Positions 34,825 to 43,548 of a stretch of 50,289 bases of DNA are shown here, piece by piece (within the stretch, counting starts at the first letter, position 1; each line of letters starts with the position of its first letter). The notes beneath the pieces are model-generated. The model had not been told where the DNA came from. It ran no database searches and was given only the letters and a program-made list of their open reading frames with translations. Origin of the DNA: Lentisphaerota bacterium (GTDB lineage: Bacteria; Verrucomicrobiota; Kiritimatiellia; RFP12; JAAYNR01); assembly GCA_012520735.1 (NCBI GenBank), contig JAAYNR010000031.1:1-50289 (forward strand), written 5' to 3'. A program made the translations under genes and the position numbers.

Positions 34825-34852
34825 ATTAGTAGCTAACAGGTTAGCTACTAAT
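34825..34852. promoter_or_regulatory. 13-2-13 perfect inverted repeat ATTAGTAGCTAAC-AG-GTTAGCTACTAAT (candidate operator)
   Basis: Read directly from the sequence. It lies between the divergent reductase-ArsR operon and the sulfatase gene. A 22/28-identical copy is at 50103-50127. Confidence 0.5.
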
Positions 34853-34907
34853 TAAGCTATAGTAAGAGCTGTTTATACCATTAGAACACTTTATGGAGTA
34901 GATAACT

Positions 34908-36431
34908 GTGGAAGAAGTATCGAGCCAATCGCCAAATATTATCATTATCTGTGCTGATCAACACCGCGCCGACACCATCGGCTCTTATGGCAGTACGGTT
35001 TGTTGCACTCCGGCACTGGATCGTCTGGCAGCACAAGGGGTCCAGTTTAACCGCTGTTATGCCAATAACCCTGTTTGCGCGCCATCACGTGCTACCATTT
35101 TAACCGGTTTGCAAAGCACTAATCATGGTCTGCTACGCAACGGCTACGAGCTCTCACGGCAGCTCCCCACACTCGCCTCAACCATGCAGCAGCATGGCTA
35201 CCATACTCACGCTATCGGTAAACTCCATCTCTCCCCGCAGGAGCATGGCGTAGATCAGGCACCCTATTACGGTTTCAATACCCTTGAACCGAGTGAAGAC
35301 CCTAAAATTGGCCCCTATCTGGAGTGGGCCATCGCCAACTTCCCCGAATATGCCAACTACCTTATCGGTACGCTTTTTAACCTGCCTACCAATAATGGTT
35401 ACTGGCAAGGGAGGCACGACTATCGTGACACCTACCTCTCGTATCGTCAAAAGTATGTCATACCTCATGAGATCAGCGATACCTGTAACTGGGGACACGG
35501 CCACCTCTCGCCACTCCCTGCTGCCGCGCACCAGACAACCTGGATAACAGAGCGCGCGATTGCCGCTATTAATGGACGTCCTGCCGACAAACCACTCCTG
35601 CTGTGGGTAGGCTATCAAGACCCGCACGACCCTTATGACCCTCCCGCACCTTGGCGTGATCTCTACTCCCCCGACACCATCCCCCCACCTCTCGGCAGCA
35701 GGGTCGATCCACTACTGCTACCCCCGGCCATGCGTGGGCACCTTGATGCTTTCTCTACGTTTACACCTACCGACTGGCTTAAACTTAAAGCTCTCTATTA
35801 CGGCTCTGTCTCTTTTATGGATAATGCAATCGGGCACCTGCTCAGTGCCGCCGAAGCCGCTCTCAATATGGAGAACACTATTGTTATCTATCTGGCCGAC
35901 CATGGCGAAGTACTGGGTGATCACCACTTCAAGGGTAAGTGGCTCTATCATTACGAAAGCAGTAACCGTGTGCCTCTTATCTGGCGGCATGATAACCACT
36001 GCCAGGCCGGTACAAACCGCCATGAGTTTGTTGAGCTGTGCGACTTCACCCCCACCGTGCTGGCTGCTGCCGGGATCGCAACTGACAACAAAATGGATGG
36101 ACGTTCCTATCTGCCGTTGCTGCAGGGTATCCCCATACCCGATTGGCGCGACCACGCCTACAGTGAGAGCTGTAACTATCTGGCGGCGACAACCGATACC
36201 CCTGAAACCATTTTCTGGCCGCGTACTATCCGTAGTGCCAACTATCGCTGTACCTTTAATACAGACCCTGCTGTTGGCGAATTATACAATCTGCATCAGG
36301 ATCCTGATGAGTCGTGTAACCTCTTTCATAACCCCGCTTACAGAGGGGTCATTGAAGAGCACCGCCAGCGGCTGGAGTCGCGCGGTTTTATTTTTAAAAC
36401 ACCACCTCCGCCACGCCCCTATAACGTGTAG
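34908..36431 (+). CDS. Cys-type sulfatase (arylsulfatase A family), no signal peptide
   Basis: IIIICADQHRAD and the formylglycine motif CAPSRATILTG are present. The GTG start has GGAG 9 nt upstream, and an in-frame TAG 9 nt upstream forbids a longer N-terminus. Confidence 0.85.
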   Translation: MEEVSSQSPNIIIICADQHRADTIGSYGSTVCCTPALDRLAAQGVQFNRCYANNPVCAPSRATILTGLQSTNHGLLRNGYELSRQLPTLASTMQQHGYHTHAIGKLHLSPQEHGVDQAPYYGFNTLEPSEDPKIGPYLEWAIANFPEYANYLIGTLFNLPTNNGYWQGRHDYRDTYLSYRQKYVIPHEISDTCNWGHGHLSPLPAAAHQTTWITERAIAAINGRPADKPLLLWVGYQDPHDPYDPPAPWRDLYSPDTIPPPLGSRVDPLLLPPAMRGHLDAFSTFTPTDWLKLKALYYGSVSFMDNAIGHLLSAAEAALNMENTIVIYLADHGEVLGDHHFKGKWLYHYESSNRVPLIWRHDNHCQAGTNRHEFVELCDFTPTVLAAAGIATDNKMDGRSYLPLLQGIPIPDWRDHAYSESCNYLAATTDTPETIFWPRTIRSANYRCTFNTDPAVGELYNLHQDPDESCNLFHNPAYRGVIEEHRQRLESRGFIFKTPPPPRPYNV

Positions 36432-36440
36432 TGCTATCCC

Positions 36441-37709
36441 CTACTCAACCTTTAAGAGATAGCTATTCTTTTTGCCGGCACGTAAAACAGCCAATCGCCC
36501 TTCAATCAGATGTGCCGCGCTAAAGACTGCGAGGGGATCGGTGACCCTTTCGTTGTTTATTGAGAGCCCGCCCTGCTGCAACAGGCGCCGTGCCTCGCCT
36601 TTGCTGTTGCACAAACCCGATAAAGCCGCTACATCAACAACCGGCTTCTCCAACACATCGGCCGCACTCAACTGAGCCGACGGCACATCGGCGAAAATAG
36701 TTAACAGGTCGTCAGCCATCAACCCCTCAAAAGAGCCGCCAAACAACACCTTGCTGGCACGTTCGGCCACACTCAAGCCATGTTCACCATGTACTGTACG
36801 GGTCATGTGTTCAGCCAAAATCCGCTGCGCCTCCCGTTTCTCCGGGGCTGTGGCGACACTCTCCTCAAGCTGTTTCAGTTCATCGGTTGTTAAAAAAGTG
36901 AAGATACGGAGAAAACGGATCACATCACTATCCAGTGTTCTCAGGAAAAACTGATAAAACGCGTAGTAAGAAGTGCGCCGCTGATCGAGATACATGGCGT
37001 TACCCTCACTCTTGCCGAATTTGCGTCCCTGGCTGTCACACACCAGTGGGAAAGTGAGTCCGTAAACCGAGGCCCCCTCAACACGTCGTACCAGCTCTGT
37101 ACCGGCTGTAATATTGCCCCACTGATCAGACCCGCCAATCTGTAGCGTACAGCCATATTCACGATAGAGGTGGAGGAAGTCGTACCCCTGTAATATCTGA
37201 TAGCAGAACTCGGTAAATGACATCCCGTCTTGCGACTCCAGTCGTTTGCGTACCGACTCCTTACCCATCATCTGGTTCACACGGAAATAACCCCCTACAT
37301 CACGCAAAAAGGTGATAAAAGAGAACTCTTTATGCCAGTCGTAATTATTGACCATAATGGCAGGGTTATCCCCACCCTCAAAGTCGATAAAACGGCTGAG
37401 GTTCTCTTTGATCCCCTCCAGATTATGGAGCACATCCTCTTCACTCTGCAAATTGCGCTCTGTCGATTTACCCGAGGGGTCACCAATCAGCCCGGTTGCT
37501 CCGCCAACCAGCACAATCACCCGGTGTCCCGCACGCTGAAAGTGCGACAACGCCATGATGGTAACAAAGTTACCCGCCTGCAAACTGTCACACGATGGAT
37601 CAAAACCGGCGTAAACAGTTATCGGTTTATCTAATGCCGTCGCCAACTCCGGCGAGGTCATATCATCAAACAACAGACGGTCCTTTAGGGTATCGAGTAC
37701 ATTAGCCAT
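36441..37709 (-). CDS. tyrS: Tyrosine-tRNA ligase
   Basis: It is collinear with E. coli TyrS (FQRAGHRVIVLVGGATGLIGDPSGKSTER; KFGKS) and has a C-terminal S4 domain. The start is ATG 37709 with AGGTGA 5 nt upstream. Confidence 0.9.
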   Translation of the reverse strand: MANVLDTLKDRLLFDDMTSPELATALDKPITVYAGFDPSCDSLQAGNFVTIMALSHFQRAGHRVIVLVGGATGLIGDPSGKSTERNLQSEEDVLHNLEGIKENLSRFIDFEGGDNPAIMVNNYDWHKEFSFITFLRDVGGYFRVNQMMGKESVRKRLESQDGMSFTEFCYQILQGYDFLHLYREYGCTLQIGGSDQWGNITAGTELVRRVEGASVYGLTFPLVCDSQGRKFGKSEGNAMYLDQRRTSYYAFYQFFLRTLDSDVIRFLRIFTFLTTDELKQLEESVATAPEKREAQRILAEHMTRTVHGEHGLSVAERASKVLFGGSFEGLMADDLLTIFADVPSAQLSAADVLEKPVVDVAALSGLCNSKGEARRLLQQGGLSINNERVTDPLAVFSAAHLIEGRLAVLRAGKKNSYLLKVE

Positions 37710-37735
37710 TATAATCACCTATTTACAATATCAGT

Positions 37736-39025
37736 TTAAATCTCTGCCATGGTTTTAAGCCAGGCGCTCTCATCCAGCGGATGTTCATTTGGTACTACCA
37801 GAGAGAGCGACAGCCGGTCACGGTCAAACACCTCTTCAGCCACTGCCTGTAACTCTGCAGCAGTGGTCTTCTTAACCTCTTCAATAAACTCCTTGGGATC
37901 GAGCACACTCCCATAACATGCCAGGGAGTCGCCAATCCACGATAACTGGCGACTAGTAGCTTCCAAACTCAAACGGAAAGAGCCCAGCAAATAATCTTTC
38001 GATCGTTTCAGCTCGGCAACACCAACCGGCTTACTCTTTATCCGCTCCAGCTCCCGTGCTACCAACTGCAGGCCCCGCTCGGCACGCTCTGAATCGAGTC
38101 CGGCTCCAATCATCACTACTCCGGTGTCATCAAGCAACTGGTATATTGAACTGATGGCATAGGCCATGCCATAGCGCTCCCGCACCACCTGAAACAGTCG
38201 CGAGCTCATATTCTCCCCCAGCAGGGAATTTAACATACGTAAAGCTACCCGGCGTTTAGAGTCGTGCCGACTGAAGTTGGTACGGAAACCGAGTGCCGCG
38301 TGTACCTGAGCGATGTCACGCCGTCCCAGCCGAATCGCCTCCTGTGGCGTCTCCGGAGTAACCGGTTTATAGCTGTAACGTTTGCCGTTAACCATCTCCC
38401 CCAGCTCCTGCGCCACCATTGCAACACAAGCGTCATGATCAACACGACCGGCAAAAGCCACAATGGTCTGATTAGGCTGGTAACGCGTACGACGGAATGT
38501 TTCAAGATCGTCACGACTCATTTTAGACAATGAATCCACATTACCGGCCAATGGCAACCCGATGGGGTGCCCCGACCATACCGCAGATCCCAATTGATCC
38601 ATTACCACCGATTGTGGCTGATCATTATACATTTTGATCTCTTCAAGGATCACCGTTCGCTCACGCTCCACATCAGCCTCTGCCAGTTTGGCATTACGAT
38701 ACATATCAGCCAACACATTAAAAGCCTGTCTGTTATACTCATAGGGCAGGCGGACAAAATAACAGGTACTCTCCTCTTGAGTATAAGCGTTAAGATAGCC
38801 GCCACGTCCCTCGATCTCCTGCGAGATAGCCTTGGCACTCCGTTTTGTAGTCCCTTTAAAAAGGAGATGCTCAATAAAATGACTGGCACCGGCCAGTTTT
38901 GGAGTTTCATAGCGCCCTCCAACCCGCACCCAAAACCCGACACATGCACTCTCAGCCGCTGGCTGTGTCGACGTAGCCACAGTCAGGCCATTGTTTAAGC
39001 GTGTTACCTTAACACTATTCAACAT
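37736..39025 (-). CDS. M16-family zinc peptidase (pitrilysin-like)
   Basis: The inverted zinc motif HFIEH is present in GASHFIEHLLFKGT. The start is set at ATG 39025 (MLNSVKVTRLNNG) with GAGGGAG upstream. Confidence 0.85.
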   Translation of the reverse strand: MLNSVKVTRLNNGLTVATSTQPAAESACVGFWVRVGGRYETPKLAGASHFIEHLLFKGTTKRSAKAISQEIEGRGGYLNAYTQEESTCYFVRLPYEYNRQAFNVLADMYRNAKLAEADVERERTVILEEIKMYNDQPQSVVMDQLGSAVWSGHPIGLPLAGNVDSLSKMSRDDLETFRRTRYQPNQTIVAFAGRVDHDACVAMVAQELGEMVNGKRYSYKPVTPETPQEAIRLGRRDIAQVHAALGFRTNFSRHDSKRRVALRMLNSLLGENMSSRLFQVVRERYGMAYAISSIYQLLDDTGVVMIGAGLDSERAERGLQLVARELERIKSKPVGVAELKRSKDYLLGSFRLSLEATSRQLSWIGDSLACYGSVLDPKEFIEEVKKTTAAELQAVAEEVFDRDRLSLSLVVPNEHPLDESAWLKTMAEI

Positions 39026-39154
39026 AAAAAATCTCCCTCGCAAAACTCCGCCACTTATCACAAAAAACAAAACTATACCACAACCGCCAACAGAAACAAA
39101 ACGGTATAAATAAATTACTGCTAATTTTCCCCTTGCATTATATTTCTGTATTGT

Positions 39155-39168
39155 GGTATTCTAATACC
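39155..39168. promoter_or_regulatory. 6-2-6 palindrome GGTATT-CT-AATACC upstream of the RIC gene
   Basis: Read directly from the sequence, 49 nt upstream of ATG 39217. Its function is not established. Confidence 0.25.
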
Positions 39169-39216
39169 TGTTTTGGAGTTTTCAGGCCTTTATCAACAAA
39201 GCAAGGAGTAACAACG

Positions 39217-39954
39217 ATGAAAAAAACCTGTACTGAGGGAACCGTGGCCGATGTCGTGGTTCAATACCCCGAATTACGACCTTTGCTGGAGCGTCTGGGG
39301 ATCGATTATTGCTGTGGCGGTAAAGTACCTTTTGCCGAGGCTGCCGCAAAAGCCGGCCATAAACTGGAAGATGTTCTGCTGGAGTGCAGCCGCATCAGAT
39401 CTGAAGCCACTGCTGGTAAAATTAACAGAGACTGGAGTAAAGCTACCGTCACCGAATTAGCGCAACATATACTCGACACCCACCATGTTTTCACTAAAGC
39501 ACAGCTCCCCCGTGTTAACGATTTGCTATCACGTATCCAACGGGCGCATGGTGAATCGCATGGTGCAGAACTGACGAAAATTCGTCAGGTTTTCGATCTC
39601 CTCCGTGATGAACTCGACTCACACCTCGAAAAAGAGGAACAGATACTCTTCCCCGCTATCCTGGCAATTGATGGCTTTATAGCCGGCCGCAATGGACGCC
39701 CCGCCATCCATTGCGGTAAGATAGCTTACCCCATACAGCAAATGGAGCATGAGCACGACAACGCCGGCGATTGTCTGAAACAGTTACGCATCTTGACTAA
39801 CGACTATCAGGCACCACCCGACACCTGCCCCACTTATGTGGCCACCTTTGAAGCTCTGGCTGAACTCGAAGCCGACCTGCACGAGCATATCCACCTCGAG
39901 AACAATATCCTTTTCCCCGCCAGTATCAGACAGGAAGAAGAGATTGCACAATAA
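39217..39954 (+). CDS. ytfE: Iron-sulfur cluster repair di-iron protein (RIC; YtfE/ScdA)
   Basis: It has the DYCCGG N-terminal motif and hemerythrin-like His/Glu blocks (HLEKEEQILFP, MEHEHD, HIHLENNILFP) collinear with E. coli YtfE. SD AAGGAG is present. Confidence 0.9.
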   Translation: MKKTCTEGTVADVVVQYPELRPLLERLGIDYCCGGKVPFAEAAAKAGHKLEDVLLECSRIRSEATAGKINRDWSKATVTELAQHILDTHHVFTKAQLPRVNDLLSRIQRAHGESHGAELTKIRQVFDLLRDELDSHLEKEEQILFPAILAIDGFIAGRNGRPAIHCGKIAYPIQQMEHEHDNAGDCLKQLRILTNDYQAPPDTCPTYVATFEALAELEADLHEHIHLENNILFPASIRQEEEIAQ

Positions 39955-40002
39955 CAGACCCGGGAAAAGATGTTACCAGCCACTATATAAGGAGAAAACA
40001 CC

Positions 40003-40350
40003 ATGAAAATAAAAATTGAAAGGGTTTATGGCTCCATACCACATAGTGGCGATTACCGAGTTCTGGTTGACCGTCTATGGCCAAGAGGTCTCTCACATGA
40101 ACAACTCGCCATCAATGAGTGGCTTAAAGAGATAGCACCCAGCACCACACTGCGCCAGTGGTTTGGTCACGACCCCAAGCTGTGGGAGGAATTCCGCCAG
40201 AAATATCTGGTCGAACTGGCCTCCCACCAGAACGAGCTACACCGCCTCCATACCATCGCCAATAAACAACCACTCGTCCTCCTCTATGGAGCCAAAGACA
40301 CCACACATAATCAGGCCGTTGTTATTAAAGAAGCCCTCCTCTCCCTTTAA
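40003..40350 (+). CDS. DUF488-family protein (YeaO-like)
   Basis: It is 115 aa. IERVYG......YRVLVDRLWPRG, WLKEIAPS..LR.WF and LLYGAKD..HNQA are the family blocks. Confidence 0.8.
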   Translation: MKIKIERVYGSIPHSGDYRVLVDRLWPRGLSHEQLAINEWLKEIAPSTTLRQWFGHDPKLWEEFRQKYLVELASHQNELHRLHTIANKQPLVLLYGAKDTTHNQAVVIKEALLSL

Positions 40351-40458
40351 ATTCATCAGGGTACAGAGAAGCTATACTGATAAAATATTACGCATGTTGA
40401 CATGGTGAGCTAAAAGTGAAATGATTAACTCTTTTAAACCCACCTGAGGAGATCTCTA

Positions 40459-41277
40459 ATGCGCAATAGCCAAGTACTTGCCCGTCTGCGGGCCGACAAA
40501 CCTGTTATGATGACCAATATCAGTATGGGGATCAACACCCTTGGCGTTGAACTCGCCGGTAAAATCGGCTTTCACGCCATCTGGTTAGATATGGAGCATC
40601 GCTCTTTTACCTGGCGTGAAATGGAGTCGCTCATCATGGCGGCACGCCTCGGCGGTGCCGATGCCATGGTACGTATCCGCAAACAGGAGGGGTATGCCAC
40701 GTTTCTCCGTCCACTGCAGGAGGGAGCCGCCGGTATGATGATCCCCCACGTCCGCTCGGCTGAAGAGGCCGCCCGTTGGGTTGAGTATGGTAAATATGGT
40801 CCGGTGGGGCGTCGCGGCCTTGAGAACGTTATGCGTGACTCCGACATCAGTCTTGTCGATACCGCCACGTATGTGGAGCACGCCGTTAAAGAGACCTTCC
40901 TGGCACTGCAGATTGAGGACGTCGAAGCAGTCGAGGCGGTCGATGAGATCGCCGCAGTTCCCGGATTTGAGATACTGTTTGCCGGCCCCGGTGATCTCTC
41001 CAACGGCTATGGCGTTCTCGGCCAGATGCGCCATCCTAAAGTGATGGCCGCTATTGAGAAGGTTGCTGCCGCTGCCGCCAAACACGGTAAGTGGTGGGGA
41101 CTCCCTGTAACCAGTGTCGATGAAGCGGCTGAATTTGCCAAGATGGGCGGACGTTTCTTCAACCTTGGCAGTGATTTCGGCTGGGTTCGCAGTGGCCTGA
41201 TGCAGACTCGCGATGCCTTTATCGAAAAATTTGGTGATATCGCCACCTCTGATAACGCCATCGGCAACACTTACTAA
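40459..41277 (+). CDS. HpcH/HpaI-family (class II) 2-keto-3-deoxy-acid aldolase
   Basis: WLDMEH, MVRIR and IPHVRSAEEA blocks are present. SD GAGGAG is present. Confidence 0.8.
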   Translation: MRNSQVLARLRADKPVMMTNISMGINTLGVELAGKIGFHAIWLDMEHRSFTWREMESLIMAARLGGADAMVRIRKQEGYATFLRPLQEGAAGMMIPHVRSAEEAARWVEYGKYGPVGRRGLENVMRDSDISLVDTATYVEHAVKETFLALQIEDVEAVEAVDEIAAVPGFEILFAGPGDLSNGYGVLGQMRHPKVMAAIEKVAAAAAKHGKWWGLPVTSVDEAAEFAKMGGRFFNLGSDFGWVRSGLMQTRDAFIEKFGDIATSDNAIGNTY

Positions 41278-41455
41278 AGGGTTGTCACACCAAGTTGGCA
41301 CCCGATTGGTTACTTTTGCACTGGCCGCTGGGGTTAACCATACCTCAGCAGCAAAAAATTAGCTATTACAGGACAAAACTATTTTGCCTGTTTTCGTTAA
41401 TAGTGGTACTATACCGTTTTGTACTAACACACAATTGCGCCTGTTAAGGTAAGTT

Positions 41456-42448
41456 ATGAAGCTAGAATGGAGCCTTGCCCTTAAAAATCGCTCGTTGCTC
41501 ACTTTGGACGACCTTAGTGATAGCGAGATGCTTGAGATTGTAAAACTCGCCATGGATCTGAAAAGCCGCCGTGACAGCGGTGTGCGTGGTGATCTTCTAG
41601 AGCGTCGTCAAATTGCGCTGATTTTCGAGAAAAGCTCTACCAGAACACGGTGTGCCGCCGCATGTGCCGTCCGTGAGGAGGGTGGCAACGCCGAATACCT
41701 CACCCGTAACGATATCCACCTAGGAGGCAAAGAGAGTGCCGCCGATACAGCCCGGGTTTTGGGCCGGATGTTTGACGGCATCCTCTTTAGGGGTTTCTCC
41801 CAGCATACTGTTGAGACGCTGGCCGCTTATGCCGGTGTGCCGGTTTGGAATGGTCTCACCGATGTAGCTCACCCTACTCAGATTTTAGCCGACCTTATGA
41901 CTGTCAAGCAGGTCTTTGGCGCATTTAAAGGCTTAAAGTTAGCTTATGTAGGCGATGGGCGCAACAATGTAGCTACTTCACTTATGATGGGATGCGCTAA
42001 AGCCGGGGTCGATTTTGTCAACTGTACGCCACCTGAGCTGGCACCGGATGCTACACTGACAGCATCTGCCACCGCCGTGGCGGCAACCAATGGCTCTACC
42101 GTCTCTGTTGTCTCCGACCCTAAAGCCGGGGTTAAAGGTGCTAACATCATCTATACTGATGTCTGGGTCTCCATGGGTGAAGAGAACGAGAAGAGTAAAC
42201 GACTCTCTCTGCTGCAGCCGTATCAGGTAAACAGTGAGCTTGTCGCCGCAACCGGTGTACCGCAGGATGAGTTTATATTTCTCCACTGCCTCCCCGCTTT
42301 TCATAACCACGACACCGACATAACCCGTCTCTGTGGCGCACTGGAGGTGACTGATGAGGTTTTTGAGGCCCCGTATTCAAAAGTTTTTGACGAGGCAGAG
42401 AACCGGATGCACACCATCAAGGCACTTTTTGTCTCGGCTTTGGCTTAG
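41456..42448 (+). CDS. argF: Ornithine carbamoyltransferase
   Basis: Motifs seen are STRTR, HPTQILADL, DVWVSMG and HCLPAFH. Confidence 0.9.
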   Translation: MKLEWSLALKNRSLLTLDDLSDSEMLEIVKLAMDLKSRRDSGVRGDLLERRQIALIFEKSSTRTRCAAACAVREEGGNAEYLTRNDIHLGGKESAADTARVLGRMFDGILFRGFSQHTVETLAAYAGVPVWNGLTDVAHPTQILADLMTVKQVFGAFKGLKLAYVGDGRNNVATSLMMGCAKAGVDFVNCTPPELAPDATLTASATAVAATNGSTVSVVSDPKAGVKGANIIYTDVWVSMGEENEKSKRLSLLQPYQVNSELVAATGVPQDEFIFLHCLPAFHNHDTDITRLCGALEVTDEVFEAPYSKVFDEAENRMHTIKALFVSALA

Positions 42449-42465
42449 TAAATAAAGGAGAGTGA

Positions 42466-43548
42466 ATGAATAAACGTCTGCTCGATATCAGTTGGGAAGA
42501 TTACAGTGCCCTTTCGCTAAGTGAAAAGCTGCCGTATTTGTGCCAGCGCAACGGCCTGCCGTTTCACACTCTCTTTGCACAGCAGTTTGACGGCCAGCTG
42601 ATTGATCGCCTGGCCAACCTGGCTAATGCCATCCGCGGTATCTCCAAAACCAGAACCGGCACTCTTTTCCTGCGTGACCTTGTATGCCATAAGCGGGCCA
42701 TGCTCTATTTCTCACAGCCAAGTTCGCGCACCTTCCTCTCTTTTCTGTCGGCCTGTCAGTTGCTTGGTGTGCAAATCGGTGAGGTCCGCGATACCGCTAC
42801 GTCGTCTGAATTCAAGGGTGAATCCAAGGAGGACTCAGTACGGACTTTCAGCTCCTATTTTGATCTCATCATCATGCGTTCCAGGGAGAAGGGTTTGGCT
42901 GAGCGGATGGCCTGGGTGTTCTCAAATGCAGTGCGTCAAGTACCGATCATCAATGCCGGCTCGGGCAAAGACCAACACCCTACTCAGGCGCTGCTCGATA
43001 TCTACACCCTGTTACGCAGCTTCGATCGCAGTGGCGGCCTGCGTGATCGTACCGTCTCTTTTGTCGGCGATCTAGCTCGGGGACGTACCGTCCGCTCGCT
43101 CTCACGTCTCCTCACAAACTACCCTAATATCTCGCAGATTTTTGTGGCACCGTCGCAGTTGCAGATCGGTCAGGATATCCTCGACGATCTCAAGGAGAAG
43201 GGTGTCTCTTATAGCCTCACTGACGACCTACGCCTGGCTGTCAGTAAATCTGATGCCGTCTATATGACCCGCATTCAGGATGAGTGGGATAACAAGCAAG
43301 GGGAGAGTCAGGAGATCGATACCTCCCGTTTTGTCTTTGGCACCGAGGAGCTGAAGCTCCTCAAACCTACAGGTGTTATACTACACCCGCTGCCGCGTCG
43401 TAACGAAATCGATGTCGCCGTTGATGCCGACCCACGTGCCATGTATTGGCGCCAGATGCGCAACGGTATGTGGATCCGTGCGGCTCTCATTGCCGAAACT
43501 TTCGGTTGTGGCAAACGCATCTTTGATTATTACTCTCATAACTTGTGA
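42466..43548 (+). CDS. Aspartate carbamoyltransferase catalytic-chain-like protein
   Basis: HPTQALLDIYT, VGDLARGRTVRS, YMTRIQ and LHPLPR are collinear with PyrB. However STRTR reads SSRTF and MRH reads MRS, and there is a ~30-aa N-terminal extension. Confidence 0.75.
   Translation: MNKRLLDISWEDYSALSLSEKLPYLCQRNGLPFHTLFAQQFDGQLIDRLANLANAIRGISKTRTGTLFLRDLVCHKRAMLYFSQPSSRTFLSFLSACQLLGVQIGEVRDTATSSEFKGESKEDSVRTFSSYFDLIIMRSREKGLAERMAWVFSNAVRQVPIINAGSGKDQHPTQALLDIYTLLRSFDRSGGLRDRTVSFVGDLARGRTVRSLSRLLTNYPNISQIFVAPSQLQIGQDILDDLKEKGVSYSLTDDLRLAVSKSDAVYMTRIQDEWDNKQGESQEIDTSRFVFGTEELKLLKPTGVILHPLPRRNEIDVAVDADPRAMYWRQMRNGMWIRAALIAETFGCGKRIFDYYSHNL

Noticed and set aside
35635-36462. 275-aa +1-frame ORF overlapping the sulfatase gene and running past its stop
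   Set aside because: The translation is Leu/Ser/Thr/Pro-rich, with no SD or motif. The sulfatase frame carries the family motifs. I judge it a chance open frame.
40585-41301. 238-aa antisense ORF across the HpcH aldolase gene (similar cases at 32323-33108 and 19706-20329)
   Set aside because: Each is antisense to, or out of frame with, a gene that has clear family motifs. None has a ribosome-binding site, and the composition is that of a shadow ORF.
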